NCBI GenBank assembly: GCA_041752695.1
Contig: JBGSVZ010000071.1
Span: 1-32,544 of the forward strand
Length of the DNA stretch: 32,544 nt
Reading direction: 5' to 3'
Source: Terrimicrobiaceae bacterium
GTDB taxonomy: Bacteria > Verrucomicrobiota > Verrucomicrobiia > Chthoniobacterales > Terrimicrobiaceae
Part shown: positions 8,995-17,194 of the stretch, piece after piece
How the letters are laid out: the number at the start of each line of letters is the position of its first letter
How positions within the stretch are numbered: position 1 is the first letter of the stretch
Translations under genes and position numbers: made by a program
Notes under the pieces: model-generated
Database searches by the model: none
Seen by the model: only the letters and a program-made list of their open reading frames with translations
Told to the model about the DNA's origin: nothing

Positions 8995-11228
8995 GGTGTT
9001 CAGTGTTCGGTCTTCTGTTCTCAGTAATATTCGTCTTCTCATCCTTTGTCCTAGGCCAAGACGGCCCGAAGAACTGGTTGGCTGGCGCGAATCCGGGTGT
9101 AGGGACCTTCGAGAATACCGTCTCGATTGCCTATCCATGGGCTGGCGTGGATTCGGACGGATACCTGAGAAAATCGGTTGCGATGCCTTCGACGAATCCG
9201 TTCATCACCAAGAGCAATCAGTTCTCGTATGCGTGGATGGGTTTGTCGGCTTCGTTGGTGGATATGGATGGCGATGGACTGCCCGATCTCGTTTCGCCCG
9301 ACGGAAATGGAATCTTTTGGTGCTGGAAAAATACTGGCACGCCCGGAAGTCCGGCATTCGGCTGTGGGGAATCGATGCCGCTTCTCATCGATGATCTCAG
9401 GTCGGAATTTCTTCCCATTCTGGGTTCTCCCACATCGAAATCTCCACCGAAAGAGGACCTCACATCCTCACAGAAGGCAGCGAGGCGGTGGGTTGATGAG
9501 AAGCGCTCCAAGGAACTGGACAGGCAGCTGAATAAGAATGATCGTCTGCCTAAGGGAAGGCAGGAGAGCAAAAAGGACATCGAGAAGCGGGTTTACGCGA
9601 TGTTTCCCTATGATGCCGAGGACGCGGAGGAGGCTCCTGTGGCCCCAGGCAACCTTGCACTTCCTTCGGCTCCGATTCCGCCTGGTGGACTCACCTGCAC
9701 GGTGAACTCTTTTCGACGCCTCCGGTTGGTCGCGTCTCCTGCCGACTGGAACGCAGACAAACTCCCCGACTTTGTCGTCGGAGACAGCGGCGGGACGGTT
9801 TACTTTGCCCCGAATATTGGTCGCCCCGGCCAGCCGGGATTCGGGTATTCGAACCGCCTTTCCAACAGCCTTCCTCTCAAAATTGCCCGCGTTCCCGGGC
9901 CTGCCGGCAGACTCCCGATTTATCAGCCGGTTGAATTCATGAACTACGCCATGCCATTTGTCTGTGATTGGGATGGCAACGGGATTTCTGACCTTCTGGT
10001 GGGCGAGGGAACCTACAGCGTGAATGCGATCCGCCTTTTCATGGACGCCGCACGTGCCACCCCGCAAAACCCGCCAAAAGAATCCTCCCTTTATGTTGGC
10101 GAAGAGCGCACGTTCCTTGCGCCCTTTGCCTATGATTGGGATGGCGATGGGGATCTGGACCTTTTTGTGTGTGACGACCAGGGACGCCTCACCGTGCACC
10201 GCCGAGTCGGCACCGGGGCCTTGGGAGCTGGAGGTAGCGAACTGGACGAACCCATGGACGCCGCACTCGATGGAGGAAACAAAGTCCTCGCTTATTGCAC
10301 TCCGCAGCCCTGCGACTGGAATGCGGACGGAACGATGGACATTCTCTGGGGCGAGCCGTTCGGGAGGATCATGGTGGCGCTCGGAAAATCAAAAGGCGGA
10401 CTTGAGTTTCACGCTGCAGAGGCGATTCGTTCCACGGCATCGGCAAAACTGGTGAAATTTCCCGCGAACCATGTGGGTGCTGCCGCCGTTCCGGCCCGGA
10501 CGAAAAATTCTTACGGCGGACCCGTGAGCGACGGCGGCACCGCGAGCGCGGAAAGCTTCTATTCGACCGACGGCAGCACGCGGGAAAACACAGGGGGCTG
10601 GCCGTCGAACCTGAACAAGGCTTTCTACGGACTGATGGCTCCCTGGGCGGCCTCACCTCCTCCGACCATGGAGGAGGCGCTCGGGCGCGACTCTTCCGGA
10701 AAGGCCGGGAAGCACCATTCCTCTTGGGCGATTGCTCCAGTGCCGGGCGACGTCTGGGAGGTTATTGACGAGCCAGGTGCACCGGGGGCGGGAAAAACCT
10801 TCCTGCTTCGCTGGCACGACTGGCGGGAAAATGCCATTTTCAAGGCCCGTCCGGCCCGGCTGCCGCAATGGACGCCGGGTGCATCGATCGCGTTCCGGGG
10901 AGGCGGGTCCGGGCCGTTTTGCTCGAACTATACGAAAGACGCGGTTACGGTGAAGTTTCAGATGAAGCTCGATGGGGCGTTCTCGCGCATGGATGTCATT
11001 TTCCGCACAAACTGGGGACCGCTTGGCAGTAACAAAAAACCACCGGCCGAGGGCGGTGATTTCTCACAGGTGATGGCCCCACCGCCCACCGGCCAATGGT
11101 TTGAGTTTTCTTTCAGTCAGCCGCCAGATTCGAAATTCGAACGCGGTTTGGATGGAAGTCTCTTCATCGAACTTCTCGGTGAAGGGGAAATTCGCATCCG
11201 TGATGTGCAAGTCCTCGAAGGAAAATAG
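8991..11228 (+). CDS. Secreted FG-GAP/VCBS-repeat protein with C-terminal beta-sandwich domain
   Basis: Signal peptide ending FVLG|QD. Five Ca-binding loops: DMDGDGLPDLV, DWNADKLPDFV, DWDGNGISDLL, DWDGDGDLDLF, DWNADGTMDIL. ATGA overlap with the FHA gene. Confidence 0.85.
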   Translation: MRCSVFGLLFSVIFVFSSFVLGQDGPKNWLAGANPGVGTFENTVSIAYPWAGVDSDGYLRKSVAMPSTNPFITKSNQFSYAWMGLSASLVDMDGDGLPDLVSPDGNGIFWCWKNTGTPGSPAFGCGESMPLLIDDLRSEFLPILGSPTSKSPPKEDLTSSQKAARRWVDEKRSKELDRQLNKNDRLPKGRQESKKDIEKRVYAMFPYDAEDAEEAPVAPGNLALPSAPIPPGGLTCTVNSFRRLRLVASPADWNADKLPDFVVGDSGGTVYFAPNIGRPGQPGFGYSNRLSNSLPLKIARVPGPAGRLPIYQPVEFMNYAMPFVCDWDGNGISDLLVGEGTYSVNAIRLFMDAARATPQNPPKESSLYVGEERTFLAPFAYDWDGDGDLDLFVCDDQGRLTVHRRVGTGALGAGGSELDEPMDAALDGGNKVLAYCTPQPCDWNADGTMDILWGEPFGRIMVALGKSKGGLEFHAAEAIRSTASAKLVKFPANHVGAAAVPARTKNSYGGPVSDGGTASAESFYSTDGSTRENTGGWPSNLNKAFYGLMAPWAASPPPTMEEALGRDSSGKAGKHHSSWAIAPVPGDVWEVIDEPGAPGAGKTFLLRWHDWRENAIFKARPARLPQWTPGASIAFRGGGSGPFCSNYTKDAVTVKFQMKLDGAFSRMDVIFRTNWGPLGSNKKPPAEGGDFSQVMAPPPTGQWFEFSFSQPPDSKFERGLDGSLFIELLGEGEIRIRDVQVLEGK

Positions 11229-11235
11229 TCCGCCA

Positions 11236-12819
11236 ATGAAAACCCACCTAAACCACCTGCACGCGGGCATCATGCCAGTCAAGGTGTCCTGTCCACTCCG
11301 CCACATCTTCCCAGTCCTAGCCGCCGTTATCCTCCCATTTGCAGCGCTCGCCCAGGACGATGACGCCGTTCAGGTCAATGTTCTCGGCAAGGTGGGAGCC
11401 GGGAAATTTAACCAGGCAAATATCACCCGCGAGGAAAACAAAGTCATCCAAGCGGTTTTTAAGGGAGTTTCCGCGTGCCATGCGATGGTTTCGAGTGCTG
11501 ATGGCACCGTTCTGGTCGCGGGCAGCCTCACTGGCCCTGCCGACGCCCCGATTCCGGCAGCAGCCCCGGGTGGGCCTGGCGGGACGGCTTTTGTTGCCCG
11601 CCTTTCTCCCGACCTGCGGCAGATGCAACAATGTCTTCTCTTGCCCCCGGACTTTCTCACAGCCCGGTGCCTCGACTCCGCCGCGGATGGGGCCGTGGTC
11701 GTTGGAGGAGAAAAAAATGGCGGTGACCTCCTCATTGCCCGGCTATCTCCGGGCCTAGACAACATCGTTTGGACAAAACCTGTGGTCGGCGACATCGCGG
11801 TGAGTGTGTCCTTCGCTCCCGACAACTCGGTCATCGTCTGTCCGAAGGAAAAGCCGTTCGTCTCGCGCGTCGCGACAGACGGATCGAGGCTGCTTCCCTT
11901 CGGCAGTAGCGAAACTTTTCGCACCGATGCCGGAAACCCCGACATTCTCAAAGCGTGGTGGGAGGGTTGCGGCTACGTCGCGGCGGGATTCAAAAGTGCC
12001 ACTTACCACCGTGGAGGGTCCGGTGGCGTGCGCGCTCTCCCGGATGGCACATTCGTCCTCTTCACCACGAATTTTGTGAGGCTTCCAAACGGCCAGCCGG
12101 ATTTTGATCCCATGCTGGTCAGGTTTGACGGAACCGGAAACATTCTGTGGTGTACCAACCTCCTCGATGGGCTCCCGGCCGAGTCCGACCAGAAAAACCC
12201 CTACATGTCCGTGGATCCGCACACGGGCGACCTCCTCCTCGCCGCCACCCAGCACGGACATTTCGCGCAGAATTTTGTTTCCACCCCCGGAGCGTATCTC
12301 GACCCGCACGATTGGTTCACCGCCGATATCATGATCGGTTGGATTGCCCGCGTGGATCCGGACACCGGAAAACCGAAAGCGGCTACGTTCTATTTCCCCG
12401 AACTTCCTGGCCCAGTGGCCGCCGGCAAGCGGCGCGCGAACTCTCTCTTCCCCAAAGCTCCCGCCGCCGATGTCGGGGGAAACATCTACGTCACAGGCAA
12501 CACCGCGTTCCGACTCCCCACCACACTCCATGCCTTCCAGTCCGAGCAACTTGGCGGTTCCGGCTTCGTGACCGTCTTCGACAAGAGCCTGTCCCAACTG
12601 ATTTACGCCAGCGTCATCACCTCGAAAGGCTACAGTTTCGTTGGCCGGGCCATCGCCGCCACCGCGGCAGGACCCTCTGTCATCGCCGACTTCCAAACCT
12701 CCGCCCCCGGCGACTTTGTCAACGCCAACGCCGACGCAACCAATTTCCTCGCCCCAGCACCTGTTGGCCCGACCGGCAGCATCCTTGGCTTCTATCCCCT
12801 GGCTCCACGGGAAGACTAA
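11236..12819 (+). CDS. Secreted beta-propeller protein with SBBP-like repeats (paralog of 4861..6939)
   Basis: ATG 7 bp after the upstream stop (alternative ATG at 11272). Signal peptide ending AALA|QD. Motifs AFVARLSPDL, GNIYVTGNTAFRLPTTLHAFQ and GFVTVFDKSLSQLIYAS. Confidence 0.75.
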   Translation: MKTHLNHLHAGIMPVKVSCPLRHIFPVLAAVILPFAALAQDDDAVQVNVLGKVGAGKFNQANITREENKVIQAVFKGVSACHAMVSSADGTVLVAGSLTGPADAPIPAAAPGGPGGTAFVARLSPDLRQMQQCLLLPPDFLTARCLDSAADGAVVVGGEKNGGDLLIARLSPGLDNIVWTKPVVGDIAVSVSFAPDNSVIVCPKEKPFVSRVATDGSRLLPFGSSETFRTDAGNPDILKAWWEGCGYVAAGFKSATYHRGGSGGVRALPDGTFVLFTTNFVRLPNGQPDFDPMLVRFDGTGNILWCTNLLDGLPAESDQKNPYMSVDPHTGDLLLAATQHGHFAQNFVSTPGAYLDPHDWFTADIMIGWIARVDPDTGKPKAATFYFPELPGPVAAGKRRANSLFPKAPAADVGGNIYVTGNTAFRLPTTLHAFQSEQLGGSGFVTVFDKSLSQLIYASVITSKGYSFVGRAIAATAAGPSVIADFQTSAPGDFVNANADATNFLAPAPVGPTGSILGFYPLAPRED

Positions 12820-12914
12820 CCCCCAAGCCCAGGCATCTTGGCGTTCAACGAAGCAAAATTGCGGGCTTCGCCCACCAAACATTCTCCCACATGCTCCCGT
12901 GGCGTTTTCTCGTT

Positions 12915-12978
12915 GTCGCAAAATGCGACCCCTTTTGGCGCAAACACCGGTTGTCTGACGGTAAAGATCGGATAGATT
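12915..12978 (+). promoter_or_regulatory. Direct-repeat operator plus sigma70-like promoter of the PEP-CTERM gene
   Basis: CGCAAA(12917)-N16-CGCAAA(12939); -35 TTGTCT at 12951, 16 bp, -10 TAGATT at 12973. The first repeat lies in the palindrome GTCGCA-AAA-TGCGAC (12915-12929). Confidence 0.6.
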
Positions 12979-13047
12979 TTCATTCGAGCAAAGACCAATC
13001 CTTTACATTTCCACCCCAAAAAACCAGCCCCCTAGTAATCCCCGAAT

Positions 13048-13899
13048 ATGAAAAAAGCTTACTCTCTCATCGGAATCGCAGCCTTGGCGGCCTCATTAAA
13101 CTCCCAAGCGGCCGTGCTTTTCAGCACCGGCTGGGATAGCCCAACGAGCACCAGCAATGATGCCGTGCTAATGAACGGCACATCGCGATCCGCTTCGATT
13201 ACCGGTGCCGGAGCTAATGCACCTTCACCGGCTGGTTTCTGGACAGTCACCAATGCTGCGCAAGTGGATCTCTCCAGCGCGACCTTCATTACCAACGGAA
13301 CCAACAACGTCGGAGCCACTTCGGGGACAGATATCCTCCGCAAGGGCGCGGTCTTCACCACCGGAACAGACTTCGCCTATGATATTGGGGCCAGTAATTC
13401 GACTATCCGCTATGCGACAAGCACGGGAGTATGGGCGCCCCAGATGAACGCTACGGCACCCAACGACGCCCGATTCAACGTGCTCTTCGAGATCGGAAGT
13501 GGCGTATCCTTCGATGACTGGAACGTTTCCTTTAATTATGGAACAGCTAGCACGAGTCTTGTTTGGAATTCCAACACTGCCTTACAAAATGGCACGGCCG
13601 ATGTGGATATTTACTCGGTGGCTGGAGACGGCACGCTGACCTTGACCGGCCTCACATTTACCGGGACATCTATAGCGGGAGCAAGTCCTCTGGCGAGTCT
13701 CGACGCGGACAACTCTGCCACCTCTCTCGCGTCGGGTACCTACCTGCTCAGTATCTCGCTCACGGGCAAGACACTCGCCCAGCGCTACACGATCGACAAT
13801 CTGGTTGTCTCCGCTGTCGTCGTCCCCGAGCCTGCCACCTGGGCTCTCCTGGCCGGCAGCATGACCACCCTGCTTGTCTTTCGCCGCCGTCGTGGCTAA
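13048..13899 (+). CDS. PEP-CTERM sorting domain surface protein
   Basis: Signal peptide MKKAYSLIGIAALAASLNSQA, Ser/Thr/Asn-rich body, and C-terminal VPEPATWALLAGSMTTLLVFRRRRG (PEP, TM, Arg tail; TIGR02595-type). Confidence 0.95.
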   Translation: MKKAYSLIGIAALAASLNSQAAVLFSTGWDSPTSTSNDAVLMNGTSRSASITGAGANAPSPAGFWTVTNAAQVDLSSATFITNGTNNVGATSGTDILRKGAVFTTGTDFAYDIGASNSTIRYATSTGVWAPQMNATAPNDARFNVLFEIGSGVSFDDWNVSFNYGTASTSLVWNSNTALQNGTADVDIYSVAGDGTLTLTGLTFTGTSIAGASPLASLDADNSATSLASGTYLLSISLTGKTLAQRYTIDNLVVSAVVVPEPATWALLAGSMTTLLVFRRRRG

Positions 13900-13937
13900 T
13901 CCTGCCATTAGCCTCTATCCGTTTCTTTTTTGGGGTT

Positions 13938-13978
13938 GTGCCCGCCGGATCCTGGGGTTCCGGCGAGGCACTTTGTTT
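13938..13978 (+). terminator. Rho-independent terminator after the PEP-CTERM gene
   Basis: Stem GTGCC-CGCCGGA / TCCGGCG-A-GGCAC followed by TTTGTTT. Confidence 0.7.
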
Positions 13979-14083
13979 GCGCTGGGGGCGCTTAAGGGCA
14001 AAGGCATCCTGCCTGTGGGTGAAAAAAGACGCGGGCAATCGCCCTCCCAACCCTCAGGCCCACGGTTGGGACGCCTAGTTTCA

Positions 14084-14618
14084 TCACCTTCTGGCGGACA
14101 GGGACTCCGCAAGTGCCTCGCGATTTGTATCGAGCAAGCATTGCTTCAATGCGGTGCAAAGGCATGTGTCCGCAGAGTGGATCTGCAGTCATGGCCTGAA
14201 ATGCAGGTTGGGGATCGCTTTTGCTTGCTGCCGCCAGCGTGAGGGATTGAACGTCCACCACGCGCTGTACGAGCGCGCGCACCGGTTCGGGCAGAGGACG
14301 GGCCACGAGAGGGGTGATCGTATCCTGCCGGATTTGCGCATTGGTTTCCACCGCCGCACCCAGCGGGAACTGCGGCATTTGTCCGATGTTTTGCAGGTTG
14401 ACGTTAGTATCCAGCGGACTGTTGCCAACGAGCGCCACGACTTGCGCAACGCCCTCTTCCCCGGAGTTTTCCAGTGGTCTCTCCTGGAATGGGAGCGGAT
14501 GGCTTTTGGGACCAACTGCGAGAGCGCCCAGGCGGTTCCTCGGCGGTTGCCACTTGCCCCGGCGGTAACTGGAAGGCGTTTCGATAACGTCGAGGCGTTC
14601 CATGTTGGCGCTTGTTCA
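14084..14618 (-). pseudogene. 3' remnant of a family 4 glycoside hydrolase (alpha-galacturonidase/alpha-galactosidase-like)
   Basis: GH4 C-terminal motifs TPSSYR, SGEEGV.Q..AL, TNVNLQNIGQMPQFPLGAAVETNA, PLPEPVRALV and AFQAMTADPLC. In-frame TGA at 14616-14618. A frameshift near 14142 shifts the end into another frame (LLDTNREAL...stop at 14084). The NAD-binding N-terminal domain is absent. Confidence 0.8.
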
Positions 14619-14800
14619 GCGTAAGAGTCGTCCACTTGGAATCAAAGAAGAACCTAACTCTGTGCTTGCTGGTATTGGTGCTGCGACGGAGTAGATATGT
14701 CCTCGTGTGGGAAAGAAGATCAAACGGTCCGAGCCAGCCAATGCTGGCCGAACCATGCATGGGTGGCTCTGATTCCAATACGCTTGCACCTTTTCGGAGT

Positions 14801-14863
14801 CGCAAATGCGGACATCTTCTTCCGCAAAGCGGGATGGTCTCTTACCTCGGATCAGCCTAAAGT
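14801..14863 (+). promoter_or_regulatory. Direct-repeat operator plus sigma70-like promoter
   Basis: Perfect CGCAAA(14801)-N16-CGCAAA(14823); -35 TGGTCT at 14835, 17 bp, -10 TAAAGT at 14858. Confidence 0.6.
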
Positions 14864-14896
14864 GTCTATCTATTAACCTGCATCAGATTGCCTCCC

Positions 14897-15487
14897 ATGA
14901 AATTGCTGATTTTCCCACTAATCTTTTTTACCGCTTCATATTGTGCCTTCGGCCAAAGTTCAACGACATCAGATATTGCCGGTCCCCCTCAGCGCCTCGA
15001 ATTGTTTGAAATCTCCCTCTATAATGTGGAGCCATTCCTTGATTCGGCACTCGAGCTTTCAGATGACAAATTCGACATTATTCTTTCAGCCCGGGCCGCC
15101 TATCGTTCCGATCCTGCCCTGAGTGAAGCCAAAGCGGCGGTCGCATCTGCTTCCGCTGAAGAGAGGACGGCATTAAACCAGAAACGAAAAGAGATCCAGA
15201 AGGCGGCGCTGGCCGTCTACACCGCGGTGGTCGATGCGAATCTGAGTCCGGAAGCAAAGACGCTTGTTGAATTCCTGAATGCTCATGCAAAAGAACAACG
15301 AAAACTCGCGCTGAAGGATTCGGGGATAAGTGGACTGACTGAACATGATCCACAATTCGAAGAAACCAAAAAGAAGGCCAGCGAGCTCGAGCGCCAGTAT
15401 TTGGCAGAAGTCATCGCGTCCACTCTCTCGGAGTCGCAAAAAACGGCCATCCGAAACGCACGGGGCGAGGACGCTCCCAAACCCTGA
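14897..15487 (+). CDS. Small secreted alpha-helical protein (loosely Spy/CpxP, LTxxQ-like)
   Basis: Signal peptide MKLLIFPLIFFTASYCAFG and an Ala/Glu/Lys-rich helical body with LSDDK, LSPEAK and LSESQK repeats. The family assignment is weak. Confidence 0.65.
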   Translation: MKLLIFPLIFFTASYCAFGQSSTTSDIAGPPQRLELFEISLYNVEPFLDSALELSDDKFDIILSARAAYRSDPALSEAKAAVASASAEERTALNQKRKEIQKAALAVYTAVVDANLSPEAKTLVEFLNAHAKEQRKLALKDSGISGLTEHDPQFEETKKKASELERQYLAEVIASTLSESQKTAIRNARGEDAPKP

Positions 15488-15550
15488 TTGTGGGTTTAAC
15501 GGGCACGAATTTCTCCGTTGTCTCATTGCGTGGAGTCTTGGAGTTTGCGC

Positions 15551-15613
15551 CGTAAAGAACGGTCTTTTCCTCCGCAAACCGGCCTGTCGCAAACAATCTC
15601 CGAGGGATAAGAA
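15551..15613 (+). promoter_or_regulatory. Direct-repeat operator upstream of the first CAZyme operon
   Basis: CGTAAA(15551)-N16-CGCAAA(15573). The downstream CGCAAAC-CGGCCTGTC resembles CGCAAACACCGGTTGTC at 12939. Weak -10 candidate TAAGAA at 15608. Confidence 0.5.
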
Positions 15614-15622
15614 TAGAAGGTC

Positions 15623-17194
15623 ATGCTCACTCCCCGCCTGCTCCTTGCGTCTGCCGCGCTCCTTGCTTCCGCAATGGCCGAGGATCGTGTTGCGGGCCTT
15701 CCCAAGATCGTTCGGACCCTGCCGGTTCCTGAAAGCGCCCGCAATCCCTGGCCAGCCGAACTCGAGGATGCCTACTGGAAGCGGATCAACGCCTGTTTTG
15801 CCCACTGGAACTATAACGGAAAATACGGCGGCACATTTTTTGAAAGCGAGTTGCGCGAGTGCGTGGTCTACTTAATGGCCGAGGAGACGGGCAACCTCGA
15901 TACTGCAAAAATCTACAAGGACCGAATCCGCGCCTATGTTACGGCACTTTTCAATACGGGCATGGGCGAGTGGGACAGTGCTAACTATCTTCATCACGGC
16001 CTGACTGCATGGTTTCAGCTTTACGACTTTGCCAAGGACCCCGAGGTGCGGATGTTGGGCAAGGCGGCCCTCGACTGGATTCATGCGGCAGCCGCTGTGA
16101 AATACTTTCGTGGCAACTGGGCCGGACCGAACAAGCGGGATTACAACAACCTGCCGCAGTTTGAGGGTGCGCCCGGATTTTTCTGGCTGACTTTTGGAGA
16201 CACACCTTCCCCACCCGAGGATCCGGAGTTCGATCTCATCCACCAGATCACCAGTCCTTACCGCCCGCCGGAGGCCGTTGTCGCGTTGGCGGGGAAAGAC
16301 TTCGCCAAGCCGGTGGAGATCTTGGCATCCAAGCCAAGTTATGACGGCTGGTTCCGCAAGCCGGGCGGTGAGGATGCTCCGGCCTTTTTTGAGACGAACT
16401 ACATTAGTGACGGGTTTCAAGTCGGCACCCTTCCCGAAGGGCACTCGGGTGATGTTTGTGGGTTCCGCATGGCCAGCGTGAATGCGAAAACCGGCTCTGA
16501 TATTTGGGTGCTCTCGACTGCACTCAAAGGCTACGTGGACGGCATTGCCACCGGAACAATCGGAGGCGACCGTATTGCGCAGTTCCGTAATCTTGTCATC
16601 TATGCCAACCCACGAGGCGATGTGCCATTTTACTTCCTGGTTCCCGATGGCGTAAAGGTGGCGGAGCGGGATGGCATCCACTTCCTTGGCACGGAGTCCG
16701 TGTGGATTGCGGTGACTCCGGTAAATGCAAAGGTCAAGGGCCTCGATGCAGAAGCGACGGCATCCATTCGTGGGGGGAAACGCCCACTGGCGGGTTGCCA
16801 AATTTGGTCGGCCATGGGGGCTGGTCAGGGTCCGACCGCGCTGATTCTTGAAATTGGGGACCGCACCATGCACGGCGACTTTGCCGCGTTTCAAAAAGCG
16901 GTCTTGGCGAAGTCCAAAGCCGATTTATCTGCCGTAGATCGCGGCGAGATCCATTATGTCGGCAGCGGTGGTGGTCGTGTGGGTCTCCGCTTGGGCGGGG
17001 AAAAACCCACCGTGTTCCGCGATGGAAAAGAGTATGACTGGAAGTCCCACATGGCACTTTATGCCACAGCGGACGGAAGTTCGTCCCAACCGGTTTCTTT
17101 GGGCAGGAAGGGCGGCGTTCTTAAGGTCCAGGCCGCGGGTCACACCTTTACGGGAACCTTCCGAGATGGACGGTACGCTTTCACAAACGAATGA
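15623..17194 (+). CDS. Secreted conserved hypothetical protein (helical then beta-rich; possible lyase/heparinase II/III-like fold), possibly internally deleted
   Basis: Signal peptide ending ASAMA|ED. Motifs GMGEWDSANY, LYDFAKDPEVRMLGKAALDW and GPNKRDY. ATGA-coupled to the GH28 gene. Function is inferred from context only. Confidence 0.65.
   Translation: MLTPRLLLASAALLASAMAEDRVAGLPKIVRTLPVPESARNPWPAELEDAYWKRINACFAHWNYNGKYGGTFFESELRECVVYLMAEETGNLDTAKIYKDRIRAYVTALFNTGMGEWDSANYLHHGLTAWFQLYDFAKDPEVRMLGKAALDWIHAAAAVKYFRGNWAGPNKRDYNNLPQFEGAPGFFWLTFGDTPSPPEDPEFDLIHQITSPYRPPEAVVALAGKDFAKPVEILASKPSYDGWFRKPGGEDAPAFFETNYISDGFQVGTLPEGHSGDVCGFRMASVNAKTGSDIWVLSTALKGYVDGIATGTIGGDRIAQFRNLVIYANPRGDVPFYFLVPDGVKVAERDGIHFLGTESVWIAVTPVNAKVKGLDAEATASIRGGKRPLAGCQIWSAMGAGQGPTALILEIGDRTMHGDFAAFQKAVLAKSKADLSAVDRGEIHYVGSGGGRVGLRLGGEKPTVFRDGKEYDWKSHMALYATADGSSSQPVSLGRKGGVLKVQAAGHTFTGTFRDGRYAFTNE

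Noticed and set aside
12820..13047. Sigma-54 promoter or riboswitch upstream of the PEP-CTERM gene
   Set aside because: No TGGC site has a GC at the required spacing, and the weak GTAAAG..CTTTAC pairing matches no riboswitch I know. A sigma70-like promoter fits better.
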